Assembly (NCBI GenBank): GCA_018716505.1
Contig: DVJW01000036.1
Location: 1 to 56,057, forward strand
Reading direction: 5' to 3'
Length of the DNA stretch: 56,057 nucleotides
Source: Candidatus Faecaligallichristensenella faecipullorum
Lineage (GTDB): Bacteria; Bacillota; Clostridia; Christensenellales; Aristaeellaceae
Numbering within the stretch: the first letter of the stretch is position 1; every line of letters begins with the position of its first letter. This document shows positions 1-12,672 of this stretch, piece by piece. Made by a program: the position numbers and the translations under genes. Below the pieces are notes generated by a model. It had not been told where the DNA came from. It did no database searches and was given only the letters and a program-made list of their open reading frames with translations.

Positions 1-482
1 GTTCGAAGCCTTTGGAAATTCTCAATTACATCGTAAAAGCCGAATCCCTTATTTTTATCGCGCACGGTCTGTCCCTCGTCGGGCCAGGGTTTGTGCTGAA
101 TGGCATAAGGCTTTTTGGGGTGCATCCAGAGCTGATGTTTGCCTTCCTCCCAACAGATGAGCTGGCTTTCCGAAAGACTGGTGGCGTTGGTGAGCCGAAA
201 GGGAAACTGAAGCCAAAGCCGGATGGTGTTTTCGGGGAAGAGATTCATGAGATAGTCCACCTGGTCAACGGTGGACTGATATACCACTTCCTCGTCGAGG
301 AACAAAAGTCCGACCCGCCGGTTACGCCTATGCGCCTCGAGAAGCGTCATGTAGGCCAGCACCGTGGAATCCTTGCCGCCACTTATGGAGACGATGATTT
401 TATCGAACTCGTCAAAGATGTAGCGGAGCCGTTCCTCGGCTGCCTCGGCCACGTTCTTCGGCACATATACCTGTTTGAGCAT
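1..482 (-). CDS. PP-loop ATP pyrophosphatase of the PAPS-reductase superfamily (DndC/IbrA-like). Only the N-terminal ~160 aa are present; the gene continues past the left edge.
   Basis: My own minus-strand translation from the ATG at 482 reads MLKQVYVPKNVAEAAEERLRYIFDEFDKIIVSISGGKDSTVLAYMTLLEAHRRNRRVGLLFLDEE... It contains the SGGKDS PP-loop motif, and a GGAGG lies 6 nt upstream of the ATG. It is not in the ORF track because it is edge-truncated; track ORF 12..557(+) is its antisense shadow. Confidence 0.8.
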   Translation of the reverse strand, partial: MLKQVYVPKNVAEAAEERLRYIFDEFDKIIVSISGGKDSTVLAYMTLLEAHRRNRRVGLLFLDEEVVYQSTVDQVDYLMNLFPENTIRLWLQFPFRLTNATSLSESQLICWEEGKHQLWMHPKKPYAIQHKPWPDEGQTVRDKNKGFGFYDVIENFQRLR

Positions 483-1353
483 AAAATTCCTCCAGGTGCT
501 GAATCCAATCAGCCAGATTGTGATAATAAACCTCGTCCACCGGGAGATGGGTGGTAATAAAGTGAAGGTCATGAAGTTCGCTGATTTTCAAAAAATCATT
601 GATGTCCATCTGACGCCGGGGAATATCCACCATGTGATAGGGTATCCCCGGTTGTATCTTTCGATAAACCGCCACGTTGTCCCTTCTCAACCGGCCGTTG
701 CGCGCCACAAAGTTCATATCGGGATGGGCATCCACATAGGCACGCTTAAACTGGCCGCACCAGATATGCAGCCGCCGGGGCACATTTTCGGGATCGCCCT
801 CCCCCAAGGAATTGAACAGCGCATCTCGTTCCTGCTCATAGCGCGCCCGGGCGTTGGCAGGCAGCGCCACCCCTGTCTGGTTCAAGGTGTAATAATGAGG
901 TTTGATATCCACCGGCGCTTCCTGAAGAAATTTCATTTCAAAGGGGCGCCCCTTGTATTTCCCGGGAAATTCCTTGTCCAGCAGGATCATGAAGTCGTTT
1001 GGGTCGGATACAAAGGGAAAATATTCAAAGATTAGCCGGTGGGGCGTCTGATTAAGGTAATGATGGAGACAATTGTAGGTCAGATCGCTGCGCTTTCGGG
1101 TGCGCAGGCATTCGTTGATGACCAATAGATAGGAGGCGTCCACCTTCTCCAGCAACGGGTAAAACACCCGATACATAATAATATCGTCATAGGTGTATGA
1201 CTCGGTCTCACATCCGGTGAGTGAGGCGATTTCCTTACCGTCCAGGGCAAAGGCGGGCGGCGAAAACAGAACGATCTTCTGCACGCCGCTCTCCTGTACC
1301 ATCTTCTGAATTCGATTCAGCTTTTCCGCTTTGGTATAGCCAAGCGCAATCAT
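412..1353 (-). CDS. Hypothetical protein, 313 aa, no motif I recognise
   Basis: Long ORF in the same orientation as its neighbours. Its ATG overlaps the SNF2 stop (ATGA), and its 3' end overlaps the next gene by 71 nt. No family assignment is possible by eye. Confidence 0.7.
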   Translation of the reverse strand: MIALGYTKAEKLNRIQKMVQESGVQKIVLFSPPAFALDGKEIASLTGCETESYTYDDIIMYRVFYPLLEKVDASYLLVINECLRTRKRSDLTYNCLHHYLNQTPHRLIFEYFPFVSDPNDFMILLDKEFPGKYKGRPFEMKFLQEAPVDIKPHYYTLNQTGVALPANARARYEQERDALFNSLGEGDPENVPRRLHIWCGQFKRAYVDAHPDMNFVARNGRLRRDNVAVYRKIQPGIPYHMVDIPRRQMDINDFLKISELHDLHFITTHLPVDEVYYHNLADWIQHLEEFYAQTGICAEERGRGSRGTAPLHL

Positions 1354-2744
1354 TTGTTATCCTCCGTTTCTCTCCCGTGGAGCCAAAGAACGCCATTGCG
1401 CAGCTTGAGCTCTGAGCGAAACCGCTCGGCCAGGTTTTCCTTGCGCTCCAGACAGGCCAAAATACGCTGGTCAATGGTATCCTCTGCGTAGATGTCCACA
1501 ATTTCCACATCGTGGGCCTGACCCAGCCGGTGCAGCCGGTCTTCGGACTGCGCACGGGTAGCCCAACTCCAATCATTATTATAATATACCGCAGTGTGGC
1601 AATATTGCAAGTTCAACCCGTAACCTGCGCAGGATTTATTTGCGATTAAAAAGCGGGCAGAGACACTGAAGCGATCCAATTCCTGCTGGCGGCAGCGCTG
1701 GTTGATGCCGCCATAAAACAGTGCTGTGCTGTCCCGGCCATATTCTTCCTGTAATATTTTCTGAATATCGAATAGCTCATGGGTAAACTTTACCCAGATA
1801 ACCACCTTTTCGCCGGCGTGTTTTAATACCTTTTTCAGGCATTGGATGCGAGGATTTTCATAAAGGGAATCAAACATCGGGCCATGACGGATGCTTTCTT
1901 CGGGGGCGGAAAGCATTTTATGGCCGCTGGTAACGGCCTGAAGGGCGATAAAGGTGCGATAGATGGCGATATCGCTGATGCCCCCGCTGCGCTCGGCAAA
2001 GGTACCCAGGAAAGCGCGCATGGTGGACTCATAATGGGCCCACTGTCCGGGAGTCAGGGAAAAGCCCGCCTTCAAAGCCCGCTTTCCGGGCAGAGAGAGA
2101 CAGTCGGCTTTTTTTACCGTGTAGCTATAGGGCGCGATTTTGTCCGCCAGATAGTCCACGTTCAGCACCCGGCGGATCCGGCTTTGAAAGCGATGGTCAA
2201 ATTCAAGATGGTTGGCCGCAAAGGACCAATAGGAACGGTAACCCAGGATGCGCCAATCCAAAAGATACCATTGGGCGTAAAGATCGGCTTCATTGTTGCT
2301 GATGGGCGTTCCGTTCAGCAACAGGCGGTAGGCACATCCCCGGGCCAGACGGGTGATGCGCTGGGTGCGGATGGCCGCGCTGTTTTTGACCAGATTGCTC
2401 TCGTCCACCACCAACATGGTTTTGCCCGAGGCTATAAAATGATCCAGCGCCGCGTAAAGGCTGACGCTGGAGGACAGGCTTTCAATGCCGTGGATGGCGA
2501 TAAAGGACAGCGCGCCCTCGGCGTGCTTTTTTATATCCGCGCGCAAGCTGGTCTTCACCGAACATGGGCAGAGCCACAGCACCCGGTCGATTTTTCCGGA
2601 TTCCTGGCGGCGTTTGATCATCTCCAGGGCGGTTCGGGTTTTGCCGGTGCCCATTTCCATATATAGCGCGCCCACTTTGATAGGCAAGAGTTTTTCCACG
2701 GCCCGGGCCTGATGGGGGAAAAGACCGGTTTTTAGTTCGATCAC
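1350..2744 (-). CDS. SNF2/Rad54-family DNA-dependent ATPase (helicase superfamily 2), 464 aa, short phage-like form
   Basis: Walker A MEMGTGKTRTAL; motif II VVDESNLVKN; LLLNGTPISNNEADLY (SNF2 motif III); C-terminal helicase lobe with ...GLNLQ...DWSWATRAQSEDRLHRLGQ. GTG start with GAGG upstream. Confidence 0.9.
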   Translation of the reverse strand: MIELKTGLFPHQARAVEKLLPIKVGALYMEMGTGKTRTALEMIKRRQESGKIDRVLWLCPCSVKTSLRADIKKHAEGALSFIAIHGIESLSSSVSLYAALDHFIASGKTMLVVDESNLVKNSAAIRTQRITRLARGCAYRLLLNGTPISNNEADLYAQWYLLDWRILGYRSYWSFAANHLEFDHRFQSRIRRVLNVDYLADKIAPYSYTVKKADCLSLPGKRALKAGFSLTPGQWAHYESTMRAFLGTFAERSGGISDIAIYRTFIALQAVTSGHKMLSAPEESIRHGPMFDSLYENPRIQCLKKVLKHAGEKVVIWVKFTHELFDIQKILQEEYGRDSTALFYGGINQRCRQQELDRFSVSARFLIANKSCAGYGLNLQYCHTAVYYNNDWSWATRAQSEDRLHRLGQAHDVEIVDIYAEDTIDQRILACLERKENLAERFRSELKLRNGVLWLHGRETEDNK

Positions 2745-2747
2745 GGA

Positions 2748-3875
2748 TTATACCTCGTCGTCCATCAAGTCGCTCAACACAGCCCGGCTGCTGGTCAGAA
2801 TCTGCTTCAGGCCGTCTTTCTGTTCTTTTTTTATGGTAACCGGCCGCACGCATGCCGCGCTTTCCAGCCGGGCGCGCTCCTGGGTAAGCCGCTGGCGGGC
2901 TGCCCAGCTCACCCGAAAGTCATACAGGCGTATGAGCTCACAAAGTCCTTCGAACTGGGAAAAAGGGACGGTGTAACATTTCCTTGGGTTGCTCCATTTC
3001 GGATACCGGGTCAAGGCGCTCAAGGCGGATCGGGCCGGCTGGTCCTCGCGCTCAAAATAAACCTCAAAGCTGCTTAAGGTGGCGTGGATCCATCGGGTAT
3101 GGCGCGGCTCATACACCCCGCGGATGACCATGTCCCGGGTTTTTTCGCTGGGCATGGCCACCGCAAAGCCACCCGACAACAGCTCCATGGCCAGCTCCAC
3201 CGCCCGATCCTCCGGCTCGCCATCCTGGATCAGACATTTTAGATGCCAGGCGCCGGCCTCCGCGCTCCAACGAAACCTTTGGCGGTATACGATCCTGCGG
3301 AAGGCGTCGTTGCGCTCATATATGGCCAAAATTCTGCGCTCCGTAATTCGAATTTCCACACATCCCGGTTGAGTTATCAATTCGGGACGCACCATCAGCT
3401 GTTCATTGATTGAGATGGCGGGACTTTCCACCGATTGGGTCTCAGGGGAAAGGGAGCGCTGCGCCTGAAGGGCCTTTTGAATAAACGGGCCCCGGGCCAA
3501 AACGCTGCGATTTTCGATGAACCAGCGGGCGGACGTGGTTTGCACAATGATTTTTTGATATTCGCTCACCTGTCCGGCCCACTCCATAAGCTCTTTGCCC
3601 TTCAGCCAAGTGATATTGCGTTCCAAAGTGGCCATCAGGTTGGCTCGGATGGTGGTCGCCCAGGCGACCTGTTTTTCACTTCCCGTGAGCTCGGGCAACC
3701 CCTGCGCCCGGGCGGCATCGGCGTTGCGCCGGTATTCTTCCTCCCGCGCCTTGAGCCTGCACGCGCCGCAAGGTTGGCTGAAATATTTATCCGCGCGCGG
3801 TTTGCAATTTTGAGCGGGACCGTATAGGTTGACGCTCCCTGGATGGCCGCAAATATGAGTACCCGAATAAATCAT
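2748..3875 (-). CDS. Zn-ribbon-like N-terminus plus two HARP-like repeats; putative accessory subunit of the downstream SNF2 ATPase
   Basis: Start chosen at MIYSGTH (GGAAGGGGGA SD 6 nt upstream; the track ORF starts 14 codons earlier). N-terminal C-x-H...C-x2-C cluster (HICGHPG...SQPCGACR). Two repeats fit the HARP pattern: ILAIYERNDAFRRIVYRQRFRWSAEAGAWHLKC and FEVYFEREDQPARSALSALTRYPKWSNPRKCYTVPFSQFEGLCELI. The stop lies 3 nt upstream of the SNF2 start codon. Confidence 0.7.
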   Translation of the reverse strand: MIYSGTHICGHPGSVNLYGPAQNCKPRADKYFSQPCGACRLKAREEEYRRNADAARAQGLPELTGSEKQVAWATTIRANLMATLERNITWLKGKELMEWAGQVSEYQKIIVQTTSARWFIENRSVLARGPFIQKALQAQRSLSPETQSVESPAISINEQLMVRPELITQPGCVEIRITERRILAIYERNDAFRRIVYRQRFRWSAEAGAWHLKCLIQDGEPEDRAVELAMELLSGGFAVAMPSEKTRDMVIRGVYEPRHTRWIHATLSSFEVYFEREDQPARSALSALTRYPKWSNPRKCYTVPFSQFEGLCELIRLYDFRVSWAARQRLTQERARLESAACVRPVTIKKEQKDGLKQILTSSRAVLSDLMDDEV

Positions 3876-4085
3876 GCCGTTTCCCCCTTCCCGTGCCGGG
3901 GAAATATGTGGTTGCAAGGTAAAAATATTCCCCCCGATTCGCTGGTCATTGGCGGGCCGGCGCCGCCATGCCGTTGAATCGAAGGGATGATCCCAAACGT
4001 CAAAGGAGATTGGAATGGGGCGCGGTCCGCGCTGATTATGCGTTGGACCTTGAAACTACAAGGTTCGTTTAAGGCTATATTTGCT

Positions 4086-4114
4086 AGTATATCATAAGAA
4101 AAATACTTTGTGAA
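4086..4114 (-). promoter_or_regulatory. Sigma-A-type promoter for the minus-strand HARP/SNF2/PP-loop operon
   Basis: On the minus strand: TTCACA (4114-4109), 17-nt spacer, TATACT (4091-4086) preceded by TGA (extended -10). This would give a ~200-nt leader. Confidence 0.45.
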
Positions 4115-4327
4115 CAGACATCAGTCACCTTTCGCCTCCATAAGTGCGGGAAATTTTCCGATTTTTTGAAAGAAATTCGCGCGCTGTTTTCAAATTCGTT
4201 TCTTCCTGTATTTGGAGGGAAAGTATCGGGGAAAAATGAGATTTTGTATACAAATGAAGAACTTATGTAACGAAGAAATCCATTGAGGGCCCTGAAGATT
4301 AACTTTGGGACAGCGGCGGCTCAGTGC

Positions 4328-4356
4328 TTTACGCCTGTTGATGAATGTGTTATAAT
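4328..4356 (+). promoter_or_regulatory. Candidate rsmD-coaD promoter
   Basis: TTTACG (4328-4333), 17-nt spacer, TATAAT (4351-4356) with upstream TGT (extended -10). Confidence 0.45.
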
Positions 4357-4395
4357 AATCTACATGTCAAGGAATGCATATCAGGAGACGGGTGT

Positions 4396-4965
4396 ATGCG
4401 CATAATATCCGGAGAGGCCAGGGGAAGAAAGCTGTTTGCCCCCCAGGGACTGAACACCCGGCCCACGGCCGACCGGGTGAAGGAATCGGTGTTTAACATT
4501 TTAGGCCGCCGGGTGGTTGAGGCCCGGGTGTTGGATCTGTTTGCGGGATCCGGAGCGATGGCCCTGGAGTGCATAAGCCGGGGCGCTGACTTTGCGGCGC
4601 TGGTGGATCAGGATCGGGGCGCGGCCGCGGTAATTGAGAAAAATATCGCGCTTTTGCGCTGTGCCGAAAGAACGCTGCTTATCAATATGGATTGGCGCCG
4701 CGCGCTGAAACAGATGCGGGGATACAGGTTTTCGTTGGTCTTCATGGATCCGCCCTACAAAATGGTGGAAAGCTATGATCAGGCCGCCCAGGCGCTCAAA
4801 GAGGATGGGCTGTTGGAGGATGACGCCACGCTGGTCATGGAGCACAGCCGGGAAGTTTCCCTGGAAGACCGGTTGGGCCAGGGTTTTGAAATATTTGATA
4901 AACGGGTTTACGGCGAAAGCGCGGTGAGTTTTGTCAGGCGAACGGAGGAAGAAGATCATGAGTAG
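4396..4965 (+). CDS. rsmD: 16S rRNA (guanine966-N2)-methyltransferase RsmD
   Basis: MRIISGEARGRKLFAPQGLNTRPTADRVKESVFNIL..., SAM motif DLFAGSGAMALE and catalytic DPPY. AGGAGA SD upstream of the internal ATG at 4396. Conserved pairing with coaD. Confidence 0.9.
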   Translation: MRIISGEARGRKLFAPQGLNTRPTADRVKESVFNILGRRVVEARVLDLFAGSGAMALECISRGADFAALVDQDRGAAAVIEKNIALLRCAERTLLINMDWRRALKQMRGYRFSLVFMDPPYKMVESYDQAAQALKEDGLLEDDATLVMEHSREVSLEDRLGQGFEIFDKRVYGESAVSFVRRTEEEDHE

Positions 4966-5437
4966 CTGTATCTTTCCGGGCAGCTTCGATCCGTTGACCG
5001 TGGGCCACCTGGATTTGATTCAGCGTTGCGCCCGCATGTTCGACGGAGTGGTGGTGGCGGTGATGTGCAACCCCGAAAAGCGCAGTGCCTTTAGCCCCGA
5101 GGAGCGGGTGGATATGATTCGCAAATGTGTGCGCGGCCTGAAAAATGTGTCGGTCATCCATTCGGAGGGCTTGACCATAGACGCTGCCCGGCGGGAAGGG
5201 GTTCAGGTCATGGTGCGCGGGGTGCGCAACGAGGTGGATTTCGGCATGGAAGTCCAGTTGGCCACCATAAACCGCCACCTTTCCCAGGGCATGGAAACGT
5301 TGCTCCTGCCCACGCTGCCGCAATATGCCTGGGTGAGCAGTTCCATCGTGCGGGAGGCGGCCCAATACGGCGGCCGCATCGAGGGATTGGTGCCCGGGGA
5401 AATTTTGGAAGATGTGCGCAAACGGTTTGCACGCTGA
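4958..5437 (+). CDS. coaD: Phosphopantetheine adenylyltransferase
   Basis: MSSCIFPGSFDPLTVGHLDLIQR... (the T/HxGH nucleotidyltransferase motif) and ...SSSIVRE. The start overlaps the rsmD stop. Confidence 0.95.
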   Translation: MSSCIFPGSFDPLTVGHLDLIQRCARMFDGVVVAVMCNPEKRSAFSPEERVDMIRKCVRGLKNVSVIHSEGLTIDAARREGVQVMVRGVRNEVDFGMEVQLATINRHLSQGMETLLLPTLPQYAWVSSSIVREAAQYGGRIEGLVPGEILEDVRKRFAR

Positions 5438-5533
5438 ACCTAAGCATAGAGCCATACGTCTAAGCGGCGTCAGGCCGCGTTTCGAAGGGGCCCCGCGCCC
5501 GCTTCGATTCATCAGCTGGAAGGAGAAGAGAGA

Positions 5534-6202
5534 ATGGATACCAGAGATCGGGACAATGCGATGAACTTCGATGAGGCCGAGGCGGGTTATACTGGCCGGG
5601 ATGTGGATGGTCTGCCCCATATGGTGGTGGAAGATTGCGAGGAAATGTATAAACTGCTCGATTTTTTGGAGCAGGAGCTGCAGAACCCGCCCGGACGCCG
5701 GCTGATGGGTCCCAATGTGGACGTGGAGCGCTGCATTGACATTGTGCAAAACATCCGCGAAAACCTGCCTTCGGCCATCCAGAATGCCCAGCGCACCTTG
5801 GATGAGCGCGAGCGCATCCTGCGCAATGCCGAGCGGGCGGCCGCGGATATCAAAAAACAGGGCAGGATTCAGGCCGATGGCGACATTGCCAGCGCCCAGG
5901 CCACCATTGCCGAGGCCAGCAAGCAGGCCCAGAATATCGTGGACGACGCCCAGCGCCAGGCCGACAATATTCTGGCCGAGGCCAAGGAACGGGCGGATGC
6001 CCTGGTGGCCAAGTCTGAAATTTTGCGCCGCGCCGAAACGGAGGCCGATGATATCGTGAACCGCGCCAATGCCGAGGCCAATGAGCGCAGGCTTCAGATT
6101 AACAATTATGTGCGCAATATATTGGACGGCCTGGAGGCTGATCTCACCGACAGCATAAACGCGCTTCAGACCACCCGGAAAAATCTCGGGGTAAACCGCT
6201 GA
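5534..6202 (+). CDS. Coiled-coil protein rich in A/E/R/Q heptads (ATP-synthase-b / V-ATPase-G-like repeats); function unknown
   Basis: GGAAGGAGAAG SD. The 222-aa ORF has long AEAxxRA-type repeats (NAERAAADIKKQ..., AEAKERADALVAKSEILRRAETEADDIV...). Confidence 0.65.
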   Translation: MDTRDRDNAMNFDEAEAGYTGRDVDGLPHMVVEDCEEMYKLLDFLEQELQNPPGRRLMGPNVDVERCIDIVQNIRENLPSAIQNAQRTLDERERILRNAERAAADIKKQGRIQADGDIASAQATIAEASKQAQNIVDDAQRQADNILAEAKERADALVAKSEILRRAETEADDIVNRANAEANERRLQINNYVRNILDGLEADLTDSINALQTTRKNLGVNR

Positions 6203-6220
6203 ACCCGCCCCATAAAACAG

Positions 6221-6262
6221 CGCCCGCTTCCGTTCGGGTTTTCCGAAGGAGCGGGCGTTTTT
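6221..6262. terminator. Bidirectional rho-independent terminator between convergent genes
   Basis: CGCCCGCT...AGCGGGCG stem followed by TTTTT (6258-6262). Confidence 0.7.
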
Positions 6263-6303
6263 ATGAGTTTTCTGTCGGGGGAGGCAACAAAGCTCTGGCG
6301 GCT

Positions 6304-6540
6304 TTAAAACAGTCCGCGAAAGACCAGGGCCACGCCAAAGATGCACAGCGGGATGCCCACGATGGCGCCGACCACCGAGACGCAGAGCAGCACGCCGATG
6401 CCCACTGCCACAAGGCCCAGAATGAGCGCGAAGATATGGCCGGTGAGCGAGAGAATCAGGCCGATCAGGCCGCCGGCTAGGCTGATGATTCCGCCGATTA
6501 GCCAGCTCAAAAATTCAAAGGGCCAGGTAATAAGCCACAT
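6304..6540 (-). CDS. Small membrane protein (two or three TM helices)
   Basis: MWLITWPFEFLSWLIGGIISLAGGLIGLILSL... is very hydrophobic. GGAGGTG SD lies 6 nt upstream of the ATG at 6540. Confidence 0.5.
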   Translation of the reverse strand: MWLITWPFEFLSWLIGGIISLAGGLIGLILSLTGHIFALILGLVAVGIGVLLCVSVVGAIVGIPLCIFGVALVFRGLF

Positions 6541-6747
6541 GATGTTCACCTCCAATTCAAATTATACCGCGACCGCCCGTTTTTTTCCAAAAGAGCGCCA
6601 TTAGATCATGATTAGAATTTCATGAGATTTCTGAGCGTGGGAAAAACAACCTGCGGATGCTTGCATGGGGCGCATTTATATGGTAAAGTGTTAATAGGTG
6701 AAAATACCCTGGGTATGTTTGAGGCTATGCCGGCGGGAGGGATGATT

Positions 6748-7046
6748 ATGTACGAATCCAAGATAAAAGACGAGCATACCGAGCTGTTGGTGAAGGCGAT
6801 TTTGGAGCTTAAAACGCCCGAGGAATGCTACCGGCTGTTCGATGATTTATGCACCATTCGCGAAATTCAGGATCTGGCCCAGCGCATGGAGGTGGCCCAG
6901 ATGCTGCGCAAAAAAACCACTTATAATGAAATTGCCCAGAAAACCGGGGTGAGTACCGCCACCATAAGCCGGGTCAACCGGTGTTTGACCTATGGCGCCG
7001 GGGGCTATGAAACGGTGCTCAAACGGCTGGAGGAGAAGGAAACCAA

Positions 7047-7050
<4 letters not shown>
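6748..7050 (+). CDS. yerC: YerC/YecD family TrpR-related DNA-binding protein
   Basis: ...CYRLFDDLCTIREIQDLAQRMEVAQMLRKKTTYNEIAQKTGVSTATISRVNRCLTYGAGGY matches the YerC signature. It sits directly upstream of pcrA-ligA, as in B. subtilis. The start could be 6742 or 6748. Confidence 0.85.
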
Positions 7051-11377
<4,327 letters not shown>

Positions 11378-11505
11378 GCGGGCACATTAGTGAAGTTTTG
11401 GGAAAAATCGCGCGTTTCTGTGGCTCAGGACGCGCGATTGTGCTATACTATATTACATATCGAAATATGCCCATACGAAACGGGTAGCCGAACGGGGGAA
11501 TGGAA

Positions 11506-12381
11506 ATGTACAGCATGACCGGCTATGGACGCGCTGCCCTGGATAAGGAAGGCCGCCAGATAACCATTGAACTGAAAGCGGTCAACCATCGGTTCCTGGA
11601 TTTGTCCTTTCGGATGCCGCGCAGCTTTAACTTCCTGGAGGATGAGATGCGCCGGCGAATCGGGGACAAGTTGGCCCGTGGCCATGTGGATCTGTTCGCT
11701 ACCTATCGAAACCTTCGCAGCGACGCCAAGAGCGTAACCGTGGACGAGGCGCTGCTGGCCGCCTATGGCCAGGCATTGGATCGGGTGGCCGAGCTGGCCG
11801 GGGTGGATGGCAAGAGGGGCCTTATGGATTTGGCGCGCATGAATGACGTGCTGGTGGTTTCCGAGGCCGAGGAGGATCAGGAGGCCTTAAAGGCCCTGGC
11901 CATGGAGGCCCTGGACGGGGCGCTGGAAAATATGCTGGCGATGCGTGAGCGCGAAGGCCAGGCCCTGAGGCGGGATCTCGCGGTTCGTTTGGACCATTTG
12001 GAGGCGCTCAATGCGCGCATTGAGGCGCGCTATCCGGATACCGTGCGCGAATATCAGCAAAAGCTGAAGGTGCGGGTGGAAGAACTGCTTTCGGGCGCCC
12101 AGCTTGACGAACAGCGTCTGGCCCAAGAGGTGGCCCTGATGGCCGACCGGTCCGCCATCGCCGAGGAGACGGTGCGGCTCAAGAGCCATATCGCCCAGAT
12201 GCGCGAGACCATTGCCTTAAACCAGCCGGTGGGCCGGAAGTTGGACTTTATCGTCCAGGAGCTCAACCGCGAGGTCAATACCATAAGCTCCAAATCTCAG
12301 GATATTCCCATCACCCAGATGGTGGTGGAGGCCAAGGCCGAGATCGAGAAAATGCGTGAGCAGGTACAGAACGTGGAGTAA
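11506..12381 (+). CDS. yloC: YicC/YloC family stress-induced protein (endoribonuclease family)
   Basis: MYSMTGYGRA..., ...KLDFIVQELNREVNTISSK. Lies upstream of remA-gmk, as in Bacillus. Confidence 0.9.
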   Translation: MYSMTGYGRAALDKEGRQITIELKAVNHRFLDLSFRMPRSFNFLEDEMRRRIGDKLARGHVDLFATYRNLRSDAKSVTVDEALLAAYGQALDRVAELAGVDGKRGLMDLARMNDVLVVSEAEEDQEALKALAMEALDGALENMLAMREREGQALRRDLAVRLDHLEALNARIEARYPDTVREYQQKLKVRVEELLSGAQLDEQRLAQEVALMADRSAIAEETVRLKSHIAQMRETIALNQPVGRKLDFIVQELNREVNTISSKSQDIPITQMVVEAKAEIEKMREQVQNVE

Positions 12382-12396
12382 GATACGGAGGCAAGC

Positions 12397-12672
12397 ATGG
12401 CCATTTCATTGATTAACATCGGCTTTGGAAACATTGTGTCCGCAAACCGGCTGGTGGCCATCGTCAGCCCGGATTCGGCGCCCATCAAGCGCATCATCCA
12501 GGACGCCCGGGACCGGGGCACCTTGATTGACGCCACCTGCGGGCGCAGAACCCGCGCGGTCTTGATTATGGACAGCGAGCACGTCATCCTTTCGGCGGTT
12601 CAGCCCGAGACCGTGGCCCACAGGCTGGACAGCAAGGACGCGCTGACGCTGGAGGAAGAGGAGGAATCGTGA
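12397..12672 (+). CDS. remA: RemA/YlzA (DUF370) regulator
   Basis: [62 protein letters not shown]. Confidence 0.9.
   Translation: MAISLINIGFGNIVSANRLVAIVSPDSAPIKRIIQDARDRGTLIDATCGRRTRAVLIMDSEHVILSAVQPETVAHRLDSKDALTLEEEEES

Noticed and set aside
1-15. GTTCGAAGCC at the window start resembles a tRNA T-arm.
   Set aside because: It lies inside the coding frame of the PP-loop gene, and no acceptor or anticodon stems can be formed around it.
12-1035. Plus-strand ORFs 12..557 and 475..1035 at the left edge.
   Set aside because: They are antisense shadows of the PP-loop gene (SGGKDS motif on the minus strand) and of the 313-aa gene. The minus-strand reading gives coupled starts and stops and good SDs.
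4140-4320. Mini-ORFs (for example the 16-codon MRFCIQMKNLCNEEIH after GGAGGGAAAG) in the AT-rich spacer.
   Set aside because: They are too short, have no recognisable features and are in an AT-rich context. They are most likely chance ORFs within promoter or leader DNA.
11407-11438. 9-bp hairpin ATCGCGCGT...ACGCGCGAT after ligA, considered as a terminator.
   Set aside because: No U-tract follows on the plus strand. It overlaps the likely extended -10 promoter (TGCTATACT) of yloC, so its role is ambiguous and I did not annotate it.
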